The notes under the pieces are model-generated. The model was not told the origin of the DNA and did no database searches. It was given only the letters and a program-made list of their open reading frames with translations. Shown here one piece after another: positions 46,772 to 56,130 of a DNA stretch of 64,000 nucleotides. How positions within the stretch are numbered: the first letter of the stretch is position 1; each line of letters opens with the position of its first letter. A program made the translations under genes and the position numbers. The stretch is from an uncultured Acidobacteriota bacterium (GTDB lineage: Bacteria > Acidobacteriota > Thermoanaerobaculia > UBA5066), in assembly GCA_963779415.1 (NCBI GenBank), contig CAVZYA010000001.1:1920001-1984000 (forward strand). Reading direction: 5' to 3'.

Positions 46772-47704
46772 ATGAGCACGAATCCTCCCCCCCTCCGCGT
46801 CGCCTTCGTCGGCCTCGGCACGATGGGCCAGGGAATGGCCCGAAACCTCGCGAAGGCGGGCTTTCCGCTCGCCCTCGCCAGCCGGACGTTCGCGAAAGCC
46901 GAGGCGCTCGCCGCCGAGCTTTCCGCGGCCGGCCGCGATGTCCGCGCGGCAAGGACGCCCGCCGCCGCGGCGACGGGAGCCGCCGTCGTCGTCTCGTGCG
47001 TCCCCGACGCTCCGGAGGTCGAGTCCGTCCACCTCGGACCGGACGGGACCGCCGCGACCGCCCTCCCGGGAACCGTCGTCATCGACAGCTCCACGATCGC
47101 GGCCGAACGGGCCCGCGGAATCGCCGCACGCCTCGCCGCGAAGGAAGTCTCTTTTCTCGACGCCCCGGTCTCCGGCGGGCAGAAAGGGGCGGCCGAAGGA
47201 ACGCTCACCTTCTTCATCGGTGGCGAGGAAGCCGCGCTCGAGAAGTCCCGCCCGGTGTTCCTCGCAATGGGGAAGCGTCTGACGCACCTCGGGCCCTCCG
47301 GCGCCGGCCAGCTCGGAAAGGCCGTCAACCAGATCATCGTCGCCGGAAATCTCCTCGCGGTTTCCGAAGGGATGGCTTTCGCCGCCCGCGTCGGGCTCCC
47401 CCTTCGGGCCCTTCACGAGGCCCTCACGGCCGGCGCGGCGACTTCGTGGGCGCTCGAGGTCCTCGGGAAGAAGATGATGGACCGCGACTTCGCGCCCGCC
47501 TTCGCCATCAAGCACCAGCAGAAGGACCTCGCGATCGTCCTTGCGAGCGCCCGCGCGAGCGGCGTACCGCTCCCCGGCGTCGCCCTCGTCCACCAGCTCC
47601 TCTCCGCCCTCGAGGCCGAAGGGCGTGCCGAGGACGGCACGCAGGCCCTTCTCACCCTCTACGAGAAGCTCTCGGCCGGCACGGGCGCGAAGGCCAGGGA
47701 ATAG
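46772..47704 (+). CDS. NAD(P)-dependent beta-hydroxyacid dehydrogenase (GarR/MmsB family)
   Basis: FVGLGTMGQGMA, LDAPVSGG, GAGQLGKAVNQ, KDL. Confidence 0.93.
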   Translation: MSTNPPPLRVAFVGLGTMGQGMARNLAKAGFPLALASRTFAKAEALAAELSAAGRDVRAARTPAAAATGAAVVVSCVPDAPEVESVHLGPDGTAATALPGTVVIDSSTIAAERARGIAARLAAKEVSFLDAPVSGGQKGAAEGTLTFFIGGEEAALEKSRPVFLAMGKRLTHLGPSGAGQLGKAVNQIIVAGNLLAVSEGMAFAARVGLPLRALHEALTAGAATSWALEVLGKKMMDRDFAPAFAIKHQQKDLAIVLASARASGVPLPGVALVHQLLSALEAEGRAEDGTQALLTLYEKLSAGTGAKARE

Positions 47705-47741
47705 AATCCCCGAACCCCGTTTTTGGGGACGGAGGTTTCCG

Positions 47742-48215
47742 ATGAGACGCACTCTCGCCGTTTTGTCTCTCTTCACCGTCGTTCTCCTCGTTGTCGTCGC
47801 GGCGCCGGCCGTCGCCGCCGGGCCGGACGTCCAGAAATTCGAGCGGACGCTTCCCTTCAAGCCGGACTCGCAGAAGATCGGCCTGAAGGTGGGCGACGTC
47901 ACGATCGAGTCGGTCGAGATCAAGAACTGGCCCGACGCCGGCGACTTTGCAAAGGGAGAGAAGGACCCTGGCGACACGAAGACGATGTGGGTCGTCTTCA
48001 CCTACACAAACAGAGGAACCGGCGACTACAAGTGCAAGTACGCCGTCACCGTCCCGGACCCGAAGGGCGGAGAGACGTGGGCGCAGGACGACGCGACACG
48101 CACCCTCGACAAGGGGAAGGTCGACGACACGAACCGGTTCGGCATGAAGATGAAGACGCACCTGTACAAGCAGGCCAAGACGATGAAGCTCACCTTCGAG
48201 GTCTGGAAGAAGTAA
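47742..48215 (+). CDS. Hypothetical exported protein
   Basis: SD GGAGG; signal peptide MRRTLAVLSLFTVVLLVVVAAPAVA; biased codon usage; beta-rich. Confidence 0.75.
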   Translation: MRRTLAVLSLFTVVLLVVVAAPAVAAGPDVQKFERTLPFKPDSQKIGLKVGDVTIESVEIKNWPDAGDFAKGEKDPGDTKTMWVVFTYTNRGTGDYKCKYAVTVPDPKGGETWAQDDATRTLDKGKVDDTNRFGMKMKTHLYKQAKTMKLTFEVWKK

Positions 48216-48221
48216 CCTCGA

Positions 48222-49309
48222 TCAGAGCAGGGCGTTGAAGAGGAATCCGACGATGAGGATTCCAACCGTGACGACCCCGACGAAAACGGCGATCAGCTTC
48301 GGGCGCAGGACCTTGCGGAGGATGATCACCTCCGGCGTCGAGATGCTGATCACCGACATCATGAATGCCAGAACGGTGCCGAGGGCGGCACCTTTCTCCA
48401 GCAGAGCCTGGACGATGGGAATGATGCCTGCGGCGTTGGAGTACATCGGGATGCCGATCAGGACGACCACCGGCACCGCCCACCAGACCTCCTTGCCCAT
48501 GAACGACGCCATGAAATTGGTCGGCACCCACCCGTGGATCGCGGCCCCGACGGCGATGCCGGCGACGACGTAGAGCCAGACTTTCCCGACGATCTCTCGG
48601 AGCGCCTGGAAGCCGAACTCGACCCTGTCCCGCCATCCGAGGACGACGATCGGCGTGTCGCTGCTGCCGGTCCGGACCTGCCGGACCCAGGACTCGAGCT
48701 GATCCTCCATCCCGAGGCGTCCGATCGATCCAGCCGGAGGCCATGGCGATGAGAAGCCCCGTCGTCATGTAGATCATCGCCACCTTCCAGCCGAAGAGCC
48801 CGAACAGGAGGACGAGAGCCACTTCGTTCACCATCGGCGCGGAGATCAGGAAGGAGAAGGTCACGCCGAGCGGCACTCCCGCCGTCACGAATCCGAGGAA
48901 GAGGGGGACCGCCGAGCAGGAGCAGAAGGGCGTGACGACCCCGAGAAGACCCGCCAGCACGATGCCGACGGATTCCCGCGTTCCGGCCAGGATTCGCCGC
49001 GTCCGTTCGGGGGTGAAGAACGAACGAACGATGCCGACGACGAAAACCACGGCGGTCAGAAGAAGCAGGACCTTTGGAACCTCGAAGACGAGGAACTCGA
49101 CCGCGGAGGAAAAGTGAGTCCCGGAGGGAAGACGCAGCAACGAGTAGACGAGCCATTGGGAAATTCGGCCGAGGTTGACGTAGAGCGCGAGCCACGAGGC
49201 CAGCGGCGCCCAGGCCGATCAGCGCCGCGGCCCTGACCGACGGAACTTCCCTCGAGGGGATCGCCGGCGATTCGGCTGCGGCCTGCGACGGCGAGGCTGA
49301 ATCCTTCAC
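48222..49309 (-). CDS. arsP: ArsP/DUF318 permease, interrupted by apparent indels near 49210 and 48725
   Basis: VTPFCSCSAVPLFLG, FLISAPMVNE in ORF 48190..49140; GAAIHGWVP, GIPMYSNAAG, GTVLAFMM in ORF 48222..48710. Confidence 0.8.
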
Positions 49310-49346
49310 CGAAGCCTTCCTCAGGGCCTTTCCACCGCGAAACCGG

Positions 49347-49601
49347 TCACGACGACACGAGGATCGCCCGGATCTCCTCGGCCTTCGGGATCCGGCCGGA
49401 GACGACGACCTTTCCGTCGACGGCCACGCCCGGCGTCGCCATGAGGCCCAGCGCGACCATCCGCTCCATCGACTCGACCTTGACGACGTCGAACGGCAGT
49501 TGTTCCGTCTCGACGACGTGTGTCACGACGCGGTAGGTCTCCTTGCACCGGTTGCAGCCGGGACCGAGGATTTCGATCTTCTTGCGGAGCGCGTTTTCCA
49601 T
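49347..49601 (-). CDS. Small thioredoxin-family redox-active disulfide protein
   Basis: IEILGPGCNRC...MATPGVAVDGKVVVSGRIP. Confidence 0.9.
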   Translation of the reverse strand: MENALRKKIEILGPGCNRCKETYRVVTHVVETEQLPFDVVKVESMERMVALGLMATPGVAVDGKVVVSGRIPKAEEIRAILVSS

Positions 49602-49625
49602 GACAGCTTCCTTTCTCGGGATTCT

Positions 49626-50330
49626 TCAGACTTCGAAAACGCGGCGAATCTCCGCCGCGCCGATCCAGGCGCCGGCGGCGACGAGGACCCATCCGAACGC
49701 GCGATGAAGCCGGTCGGCCCAGACGGCGGCCCGGCTGCCGGCCCATACGGTGACGAAGCCGGTGACGGTTCCGGCGACGAAGAGGAGAACGACGTGGCCG
49801 ATCGAGTACGAGAGGAGAAGCGTCGTGCCCCAGAGGACCTTCTTCTCGAAGGCGACGAGGGAGAGGATCGCGACGAGGATCGGTGTCGCGCAGGGCGAAG
49901 AAAGCGTTCCCGTGAGCGCGCCGAGGCAGAAGGCGCCCACCAAGCCCCCGGCGCGGAATCTCGAGGGGTCGAAACTCGGCATCGGGATCTTCACGAGACC
50001 GGACAGGTGGAGCCCGAAAGCGATCAGAAGAGCGGAGAGAAGGATCTTCCACCACGTCCCCACGCTTCCGAAAAGCGTCCCCGTCAGGGCTGCGGCCGCG
50101 CCCAGAGCGGTGAAGCAGACGGCCAATCCGGTGACGAACGCCAGGGTCAACGTCAGCGTGCGGCGGCGGCTCGTCGCCGTACCCCCCACCGTCGCGACGA
50201 CGAGCGGAACGGCCGCGAGGACGCAGGGACTCGCCGATGAGATGACGCCTGCCAGGAAGACGAGAAAGAGCATCACGACGGGCGGCGCGTCCGTCGCCGC
50301 GGCCGCCAGCCGGACGAGGGCCGCGTCCAT
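49626..50330 (-). CDS. ccdA: CcdA/DsbD-beta family disulfide transfer membrane protein
   Basis: AGVISSASPCVLA and SSPCATPIL motifs, about 6 TM. Confidence 0.88.
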   Translation of the reverse strand: MDAALVRLAAAATDAPPVVMLFLVFLAGVISSASPCVLAAVPLVVATVGGTATSRRRTLTLTLAFVTGLAVCFTALGAAAALTGTLFGSVGTWWKILLSALLIAFGLHLSGLVKIPMPSFDPSRFRAGGLVGAFCLGALTGTLSSPCATPILVAILSLVAFEKKVLWGTTLLLSYSIGHVVLLFVAGTVTGFVTVWAGSRAAVWADRLHRAFGWVLVAAGAWIGAAEIRRVFEV

Positions 50331-50744
50331 CAGAGAATGCCCTTCTCCTTGAGGACCCGCTCGAATTCCGGCTTCTGGAATAAGCCCATGTGCCGGAAGA
50401 CCTCCTGCCCCTTGGCGTCGAAGATCACCTGTGTCGGCATCACCATGATCCGGTGCTGACGGGCCACCTCCGGGTGCGGATTGGATCCAGAAATTGACGA
50501 CGCGCGCCCGCTTGCCGAGGAGCGCCTGCAGGTCGCGAAGAACCGGCTGCATGCCCATGCAGGGGATGCAGTGTTCGCCGCCGAACTCGACGATCACCGG
50601 GACGCCCGCCTTCAGGGTCGCCTCCAGCTCGGCGGGGCTCAACGCGGGAATGGGCGATGCGGGAGCAGGTGCTGCCGGGGCCGCGACCGCGATGCCAGGG
50701 ACGAGAACGAGAACCATAAGAGCCACCAGAACGCGAGACTTCAT
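50330..50744 (-). CDS. Exported thioredoxin (CIPC), apparent +1 indel near 50478
   Basis: Signal peptide MKSRVLVALMVL; PVIVEFGGEHCIPC; shifted frame continues HPEVARQHRIMVMPTQVIFDAKGQEVFRHMG...EKGIL-stop overlapping the ccdA ATG. Confidence 0.8.
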
Positions 50745-51151
50745 CGAACCTTTCCTCCTCGATGGTGCGACGTCGACTTCGCCAGCCGGCCTCCGGACGC
50801 CGCGAACTCCTCGACCGGAATCCGCCGCAGCCGGCCGACGAGCTCGGCATCCGCGGCCGCAACCGGGTCGCCGGCAAGGCCCGCCCGGACCACCTGCAGC
50901 CAGCCGGCCACATCGCGGGACGGCGCCAGCCGGTAGGAGACGAACTTGCCGTTCTTCTCCTCGACGAGAAGGCCGGCCCGCTTCAGCTCGCGCAGGTGCT
51001 CGGAGACCGTGGAAGGGGCCGTGCCGAGGACCGCCGTCATCTGGCAGACGCAGAGGGGCCCGCCTGAGAGCATGGCGAGAACGCGCAGGCGTGCCGGATG
51101 GGCGAGAGCCTTGGCGGCGGCGGTGGCGGCGGAGAGTGGTGATTCCGTCAT
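50741..51151 (-). CDS. ArsR/SmtB family transcriptional repressor
   Basis: KALAHPARLRVL..L..GPLCVCQM...STVSEHLRELKRAGL; start ATG 51151. Confidence 0.9.
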   Translation of the reverse strand: MTESPLSAATAAAKALAHPARLRVLAMLSGGPLCVCQMTAVLGTAPSTVSEHLRELKRAGLLVEEKNGKFVSYRLAPSRDVAGWLQVVRAGLAGDPVAAADAELVGRLRRIPVEEFAASGGRLAKSTSHHRGGKVR

Positions 51152-51169
51152 TTCGTAACATACCGAAAT
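51150..51169. promoter_or_regulatory. Putative ArsR operator over the -10 box and start codon
   Basis: ATTTCG-N8-CGAAAT inverted repeat; minus-strand TATGTT at 51157-51162. Confidence 0.65.
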
Positions 51170-51208
51170 ATAGATGGCGAGTGACCCCCCGACCATGATT
51201 CGCCTGCA

Positions 51209-51652
51209 TCACCGCCCAGGGCCGTTGAGCGCTCCCTCTTTGCCTTGACTCAACGTCAGCGTCTCGATCCGCTGCTTCAATTCGTCCCGGACGCGCCGAA
51301 ACGCCTCCAGCCGCTCGTCGCCCGTCCCTTCGACCGCGGCAGGATCGGGGAGCGGCCAGTGGAGGCGCTTCGCCTTGCCCAGAAAGACTGGGCAGACTTC
51401 CTCAGCGCAGAGCGTGATCACGGTATCCACCGTCGCGGGATCGATCTCCGCGACGGACTTGGACCGCTGATGAGTGATGTCGATGCCGATCTCGGCGAGC
51501 GCGCGGATGGCGAGCGGGTTCACCCGCGACGGCAGCGACCCGGCGCTCTGGACGTTCACGACGTCGCCGAACCGGGCCTTCGCGAGCCCTTCGGCCATCT
51601 GGCTCCGCGCCGAGTTGGCGACGCAGAGGAAGAGGAGGCCGGGAATCTTCAC
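51209..51652 (-). CDS. arsC: Thioredoxin-dependent arsenate reductase (LMW-PTP fold)
   Basis: GTG 51652; [45 protein letters not shown]. Confidence 0.92.
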   Translation of the reverse strand: MKIPGLLFLCVANSARSQMAEGLAKARFGDVVNVQSAGSLPSRVNPLAIRALAEIGIDITHQRSKSVAEIDPATVDTVITLCAEEVCPVFLGKAKRLHWPLPDPAAVEGTGDERLEAFRRVRDELKQRIETLTLSQGKEGALNGPGR

Positions 51653-52752
51653 TTTCCGTTCCCTGCCGGGACCGGAACGGCGAGCGGGACGCTCCCCGGG
51701 AACCACGAGCGGGTCCGGTTGCAGAACGCGCAGACGGAGAGCATCACGGGGACCTCCACGAGGACGCCGACGACGGTCGCGAGCGCGGCTCCCGACCCCG
51801 GTCCGTAGAGCGCGATGGCCGTGGCGACCGCCAGCTCGAAGAAGTTGCTCGCCCCGATCAGCGCCCCGGGCGCCGCGATGGAGTGGGGCACCTTCAGGAG
51901 CTTCATCAGGCCGTAGGTCAGGCCGGAGTTGAAGTAGACCTGGATCAGGAGCGGGATCGCGATCAGGACGACGTGGAGCCAGTTGCCGAGGAGGTTGTCG
52001 GCCTGGAAGGCGAAGATCAGGACGAGGGTCGCGAGAAGCGCCATGACGGTGATCGGGTGGAAGAAGCCGAGGAAGCGAGACTCGAACCACTCGATCCCCT
52101 TCGTCCGGATCAGAAGTGTCCGGCTGAGGCTCCCGAGCGCGAGCGGGATGACGATGAAAACGAGAACGCTCAGGAGGAGGACTTTGAAGGGCACCGTCAG
52201 GTTGCTCGCCCCGCTCACCAGGAGGGTCACGATCGGAGCGAAGGCGACGAGCATGATCAGGTCGTTCACGGAGACCTGGACGAGCGTGTAGGCCGGGTCG
52301 CCGTCGGTGAGGTACGACCAGACGAAGACCATCGCCGTGCAGGGAGCCGCCGCGAGGATGATGGCGCCGGCGATGTACTGGTCGGCGAGGCCTGCAGGGA
52401 TGAGGCCCGAGAAGACGTGCTTGAAGAAGAGCCACGCGAGAAAGGCCATCGAGAACGGCTTGACGAGCCAGTTCACGAAAAGTGTCACGAGGAGGCCCTT
52501 CGGCTTCTTCCGGACTCCCGCGAGGCTCGTGAAGTCGATCTTGAGCATCATGGGGTAGACCATCAGCCAGATCAGGACGGCGATGGCCACGTTGATCTGG
52601 CTCCCCTCGCCGAACTCGAGCTTCCGGATCGCGTCGGTCGCTCCTGGCAGAAGCTTGCCGAGGGTGACCCCCACGACCATGCAGAGCCCGACCCAGAGCG
52701 TCAGGTACCTCTCGAAGAAGTTGAGGCGCTTCGGCGCCGCCGGGTTGCTCAC
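51649..52752 (-). CDS. acr3: ACR3 family arsenite efflux transporter
   Basis: [52 protein letters not shown]. Confidence 0.95.
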   Translation of the reverse strand: MSNPAAPKRLNFFERYLTLWVGLCMVVGVTLGKLLPGATDAIRKLEFGEGSQINVAIAVLIWLMVYPMMLKIDFTSLAGVRKKPKGLLVTLFVNWLVKPFSMAFLAWLFFKHVFSGLIPAGLADQYIAGAIILAAAPCTAMVFVWSYLTDGDPAYTLVQVSVNDLIMLVAFAPIVTLLVSGASNLTVPFKVLLLSVLVFIVIPLALGSLSRTLLIRTKGIEWFESRFLGFFHPITVMALLATLVLIFAFQADNLLGNWLHVVLIAIPLLIQVYFNSGLTYGLMKLLKVPHSIAAPGALIGASNFFELAVATAIALYGPGSGAALATVVGVLVEVPVMLSVCAFCNRTRSWFPGSVPLAVPVPAGNGK

Positions 52753-52759
52753 GATCCCC

Positions 52760-53609
52760 TCAGCCCTTCAGCGGCTTCTTCGCCCTCACGAAGGCGCTCA
52801 TGAACTTCCCGTCGGCATCCCGGGCGATCGACGACGTCGAGGCCGGCTTCCTCGAGAAAATCGCGCGCGTCATCAATGCCGTAGATCCGCGTCGGGACGA
52901 TCTCGACGTCCGTGAATCCCGCATCCCGTAGCTTCTTTTCGAACTCCTTCTCCTCGAGCGCCCCGGCGACGCATCCGATCCAGAGCTCGACGCTCTTCCT
53001 GATCGCCGAGGGCATCTCGCCCCGGACGACGACGTCGGAGACGGCGAAGCGTCCGCCCGGCTTCAGGACGCGGAACGCCTCGCGAAGCGACCGGTCCTTG
53101 TCGGCGGAGAGGTTGATGACGCAGTTGGAGATGATGACGTCGACCGAGCCGTCGGGGAGGGGGATCGCCTCCAGCTCGCCCTTGAGAAACTCGACGTTCG
53201 TGGCACCAGCCTCCGCAGCGTTCCTCCGGGCCAGATCGAGCATCTCGTCGGTCATGTCGAGGCCATAGACCTTTCCCGAAGGTCCGACCCGTTTTGCGGA
53301 GAGCAGCACGTCGATGCCGCCCCCCGAGCCGAGGTCGAGGACCGTTTCCCCCGGGCCGAGCGTCGCGAGAGCCGTCGGGTTGCCGCAGCCGAGCGACGCG
53401 CTCACCGCGGCCGTCGGGAGAAGCGCGCGTTTCTCGTCGGCCCCGTAGAGGTTCGAGGTGATCGGGTCGCGGGCCGCAGAGGCTCCCCCCACCGCTTCCC
53501 CCGCAGCAACTCGTCCCGCCGCAGCAGCCCGCTTTCCCCAGCCGCGACGCGCCTGGCCGCCTCGCCGTACTTCTCCTTTACGATCTCCTTGATGTCCGTC
53601 TTCGGTCAT
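52760..53609 (-). CDS. arsM: Arsenite S-adenosylmethionine methyltransferase with several apparent indels
   Basis: DPITSNLY, SLGCGNP, VLDLGSGGGID, IISNCVINL, WIGCVAGA; alternative frames give DIKEIVKEKYGEAA, CCGG..CCG and DGKFMSAFVRAKKP-stop(52760). Confidence 0.88.
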
Positions 53610-53661
53610 GACGCCCTCCGATACCTTTCTAGAAATACCGATTTATCGTCGAAAAGAAATC

Positions 53662-54003
53662 TCACTCGCAGCACTTCGCGCCGCAAACGGATTCCGCCTT
53701 CGCGGCGGCGGCGCGAAGGAACACTCCGACGGCCGAGAGAGCCTCGTGGTTCAGCGAGTAGTGGATCCACCGCCCGTCCCGCCGGTCCGTGACGAGTCCG
53801 GCGTCCTTGAGGGCTTTCAGATGGAAGGAAAGGCGCGACTGCCCCGCGTCGAGCGCCTCCGCGAGGTAGCAGACGCACTGCTCGCCCGTGAGGAGCTTCG
53901 CGACGATCCTCAGCCGCGTCTCGTCGGAGAGGGCGTGGAAGAGCCGGGCCAGCCGCCCCAGCTCCTCGTCGCTCCCCAGCCGCTTCGTCACGGGGGATGT
54001 CAC
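53662..54003 (-). CDS. arsR: ArsR family arsenic-responsive repressor
   Basis: FHALSDETRL, EQCVC, QSRLSFHLKALKDAGLV, C-terminal CGAKCC; heads arsM-acr3-arsC. Confidence 0.9.
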   Translation of the reverse strand: MTSPVTKRLGSDEELGRLARLFHALSDETRLRIVAKLLTGEQCVCYLAEALDAGQSRLSFHLKALKDAGLVTDRRDGRWIHYSLNHEALSAVGVFLRAAAAKAESVCGAKCCE

Positions 54004-54008
54004 GTCAT

Positions 54009-54043
54009 ACAGATCAATATATCTAGATTTATTGATCTGTCAA
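54009..54043 (-). promoter_or_regulatory. ars operon promoter with 32-bp palindromic operator
   Basis: ACAGATCAATA-T-ATCTAGAT-T-TATTGATCTGT (54009-54040, one mismatched pair); minus-strand TTGACA (54038-54043), 16 nt, TATATT (54016-54021). Confidence 0.85.
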
Positions 54044-54061
54044 GGGGCGCGCCCCGGATCG

Positions 54062-54790
54062 TCAGCGGCCGTCGAGACGATCCGCGAGCGCGAGGAGGAG
54101 CCTGCCGCCGTCGCCCGAGTACGCGCTCCCGTGCATGCAGGCGAGGGTCGTCGGGGCCAGCGCCGCGAACCGCTCGAGAGTGCTCCGCGTCGACGGGGTA
54201 TGCGCGTAGTAGTCCATCCCCTTCCGCATCGCCTCGCTCGGCGCAAGGACGTCGGCCGAGGTCAGGGCCGTGGCGCCGTCGCCCGGCTGAGTGAAGAGGT
54301 CGCCGCACAGGAACGTGCGCGTCGACTCCTCCATCAGGAAGCCGTTCTCCCAGGCGTGGGGAACGTGCGGCGCGTCGAGCCAGGTCACGCGATGGCGTCC
54401 GAGCACGAGCGTCTCGCCGTCGGCGAGCGCGCGCGGCGGCCGGTCCGCGAGGTCCGAGACGGAGACCATGGCGGCCACGCGGCTGCAGAGCGGGACGGCC
54501 CGCGGCGCGACCGCCAGCCAGTCGTTCAGCGACCCGCACTCGTCGGACTCCACGTGGCCGAAGCCGATGTACCGGAGCGACTCCGGCGGAAGCACGCGCT
54601 CAACGGCCTCCCGTACCGCCGGGAACAGCCGGCGTGGCCCCGTGTGAAAGAGAAGCGGTTCGTCGTCCACCACGAGGATCTGGTTGAAGGAGAACCCCCC
54701 CGGGATGACAGACACGGGTGTCGAGATGCGGTAGATGCCGTCGGCGATCTCGTCGACACGGGCGGCGGTATCGGCCCCTTTCGTGGTCAT
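54062..54790 (-). CDS. MBL-fold protein related to the FprA/flavodiiron N-terminal di-iron domain
   Basis: FNQILV, HTG, GHVESDECG, PHVPHAWE, CGDLF, ACMHGS; no flavodoxin domain. Confidence 0.85.
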   Translation of the reverse strand: MTTKGADTAARVDEIADGIYRISTPVSVIPGGFSFNQILVVDDEPLLFHTGPRRLFPAVREAVERVLPPESLRYIGFGHVESDECGSLNDWLAVAPRAVPLCSRVAAMVSVSDLADRPPRALADGETLVLGRHRVTWLDAPHVPHAWENGFLMEESTRTFLCGDLFTQPGDGATALTSADVLAPSEAMRKGMDYYAHTPSTRSTLERFAALAPTTLACMHGSAYSGDGGRLLLALADRLDGR

Positions 54791-54809
54791 GGTCGCGGTC
54801 CCCCTTAAT

Positions 54810-54843
54810 GAGACACGATCTTAGACCAGGTCTGATCTGTCTC
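54810..54843. promoter_or_regulatory. Imperfect palindrome over the -10 box of the MBL gene (putative operator)
   Basis: GAGACA-c-GATC-tt-AGACC-A-GGTCT-GATC-TGTCTC; minus-strand TAAGAT at 54818-54823. Confidence 0.55.
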
Positions 54844-54870
54844 GAAAATCTCGCGGGAAGATCGCAAGCC

Positions 54871-55446
54871 TCAGATCGCGCCGTTGTCCGGAAAGAGGAG
54901 CTCCTGCGGCTTGAGAAGCGGGAGGAGCGTCCCGACGACGATCTCGGCCCACCGCGGCCGCGCGGCCGGATCGAGGGCGACGTGCGGCACGTTCCACTCG
55001 CGAAGGGTCGACGCGATGAGCGCGTCGATGTCGTGCTGGAAGGCGAGGTCCGTGTCCCTCACGCCGTCGAAGCGGGGGTCGCCGAGGACCGGCACGCGGA
55101 AGAGGACGTCGTACGTCGCCGTCCAGGCCCGGACGAGGTGCTCGAGGACCTCGACGTGCGGCTCTCCGGCCGCCGCGCGCTTCAGGTAGCAGAAATTGTC
55201 GAGGACCGACCGGTCGCAGCAGACGACGTCGGCTTTCGCGGCGGCCTCGAGCTCCCACGCGATCTGCGTGTGGAGGATCCAGGCCTGCGCCTTGACCGTC
55301 GTTTCGCGATTGATCGGGAGGGGGCACTCGCGGGCGACCTCCCGGACCAGCTCGACCGAGAGGTCGCGCTTCTTGAGGCCCGCCGCGAGGTCGTAGCAGA
55401 GGGTGGTCTTCCCGACTCCGTGCGTTCCGATGAAGGCGACTTTCAT
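54871..55446 (-). CDS. AAA_28 (NadR/Ttd14-like) P-loop ATPase/kinase
   Basis: VAFIGTHGVGKTTL, EVARE, CDRSVLD, DGVRD. Confidence 0.85.
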   Translation of the reverse strand: MKVAFIGTHGVGKTTLCYDLAAGLKKRDLSVELVREVARECPLPINRETTVKAQAWILHTQIAWELEAAAKADVVCCDRSVLDNFCYLKRAAAGEPHVEVLEHLVRAWTATYDVLFRVPVLGDPRFDGVRDTDLAFQHDIDALIASTLREWNVPHVALDPAARPRWAEIVVGTLLPLLKPQELLFPDNGAI

Positions 55447-55495
55447 CCCGGGGGGCGGAGGATACCAGTCGCTCCGCCCCCGGAAACCGCCGGTC

Positions 55496-56110
55496 CTACT
55501 TGCCGGACGTCATCTCGACGTTTACGACGAGCTGGGGCAGCCCTCCCGAGAAGCTCGAGAGGTCGAACTGGTCGCCCTTGAAGGAGGCCTGGATCGCGCC
55601 GTAGATCTTCCCGTCCCCCTTTCCCTGGGAGTCGACCGTAAAGAGGACGATGCCGATCGGATAGTTGGTCGACGCAGTCTGCTTGTACGCCCCCGCGAAG
55701 GAGATCGGCCGGCTCGAGACAAGAGCGACCTGCCGGCCGCCGTCCGGAAGCGCCTTCGACCGGATGACGGCGATCGGGTAGCCGAGGGAGGGTCCGATCC
55801 GGACCCAACCTTTCTGGTTCGTGTCGCTCCATGAGTACATCGTGTTGACGAGCTCCGTCTGCCCCTTATCCCTCAGGATCGCCTTGAGATCGGCGACCTC
55901 GGCGTCGGTGCTGAGCGCCGTGGCCTGGGCTTGGAGCATGACCGTCTGCGGTCCGGCCGACCCCATCGCGGAGATGACGCCGGTGAACTTCAGGGGGAGC
56001 GCCATCTGGTCCGCGGAAACCTTCGGCGCGGTCGAAGCGGATGGTGACCCCGAGCAGCCGGAGATCGCGGCTACAAGGAGAAAAGCGGGGACGAACGATT
56101 TCTTCGACAT
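55496..56110 (-). CDS. Hypothetical lipoprotein
   Basis: MSKKSFVPAFLLVAAISGC lipobox; SD-like GAGG upstream. Confidence 0.72.
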   Translation of the reverse strand: MSKKSFVPAFLLVAAISGCSGSPSASTAPKVSADQMALPLKFTGVISAMGSAGPQTVMLQAQATALSTDAEVADLKAILRDKGQTELVNTMYSWSDTNQKGWVRIGPSLGYPIAVIRSKALPDGGRQVALVSSRPISFAGAYKQTASTNYPIGIVLFTVDSQGKGDGKIYGAIQASFKGDQFDLSSFSGGLPQLVVNVEMTSGK

Positions 56111-56130
56111 GATGGCCTCTCTTTCCGTCC

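Noticed and set aside
45575-48001. 808-aa ORF ending in SprT
   Set aside because: The upstream part is antisense to the dehydrogenase and exported-protein genes; the real start is 46117.
49626-51212. Thioredoxin-CcdA fusion (DsbD/DipZ-like)
   Set aside because: Created by one extra base near 50478; the true thioredoxin C-terminus is in another frame and ends in a TGATG overlap with ccdA.
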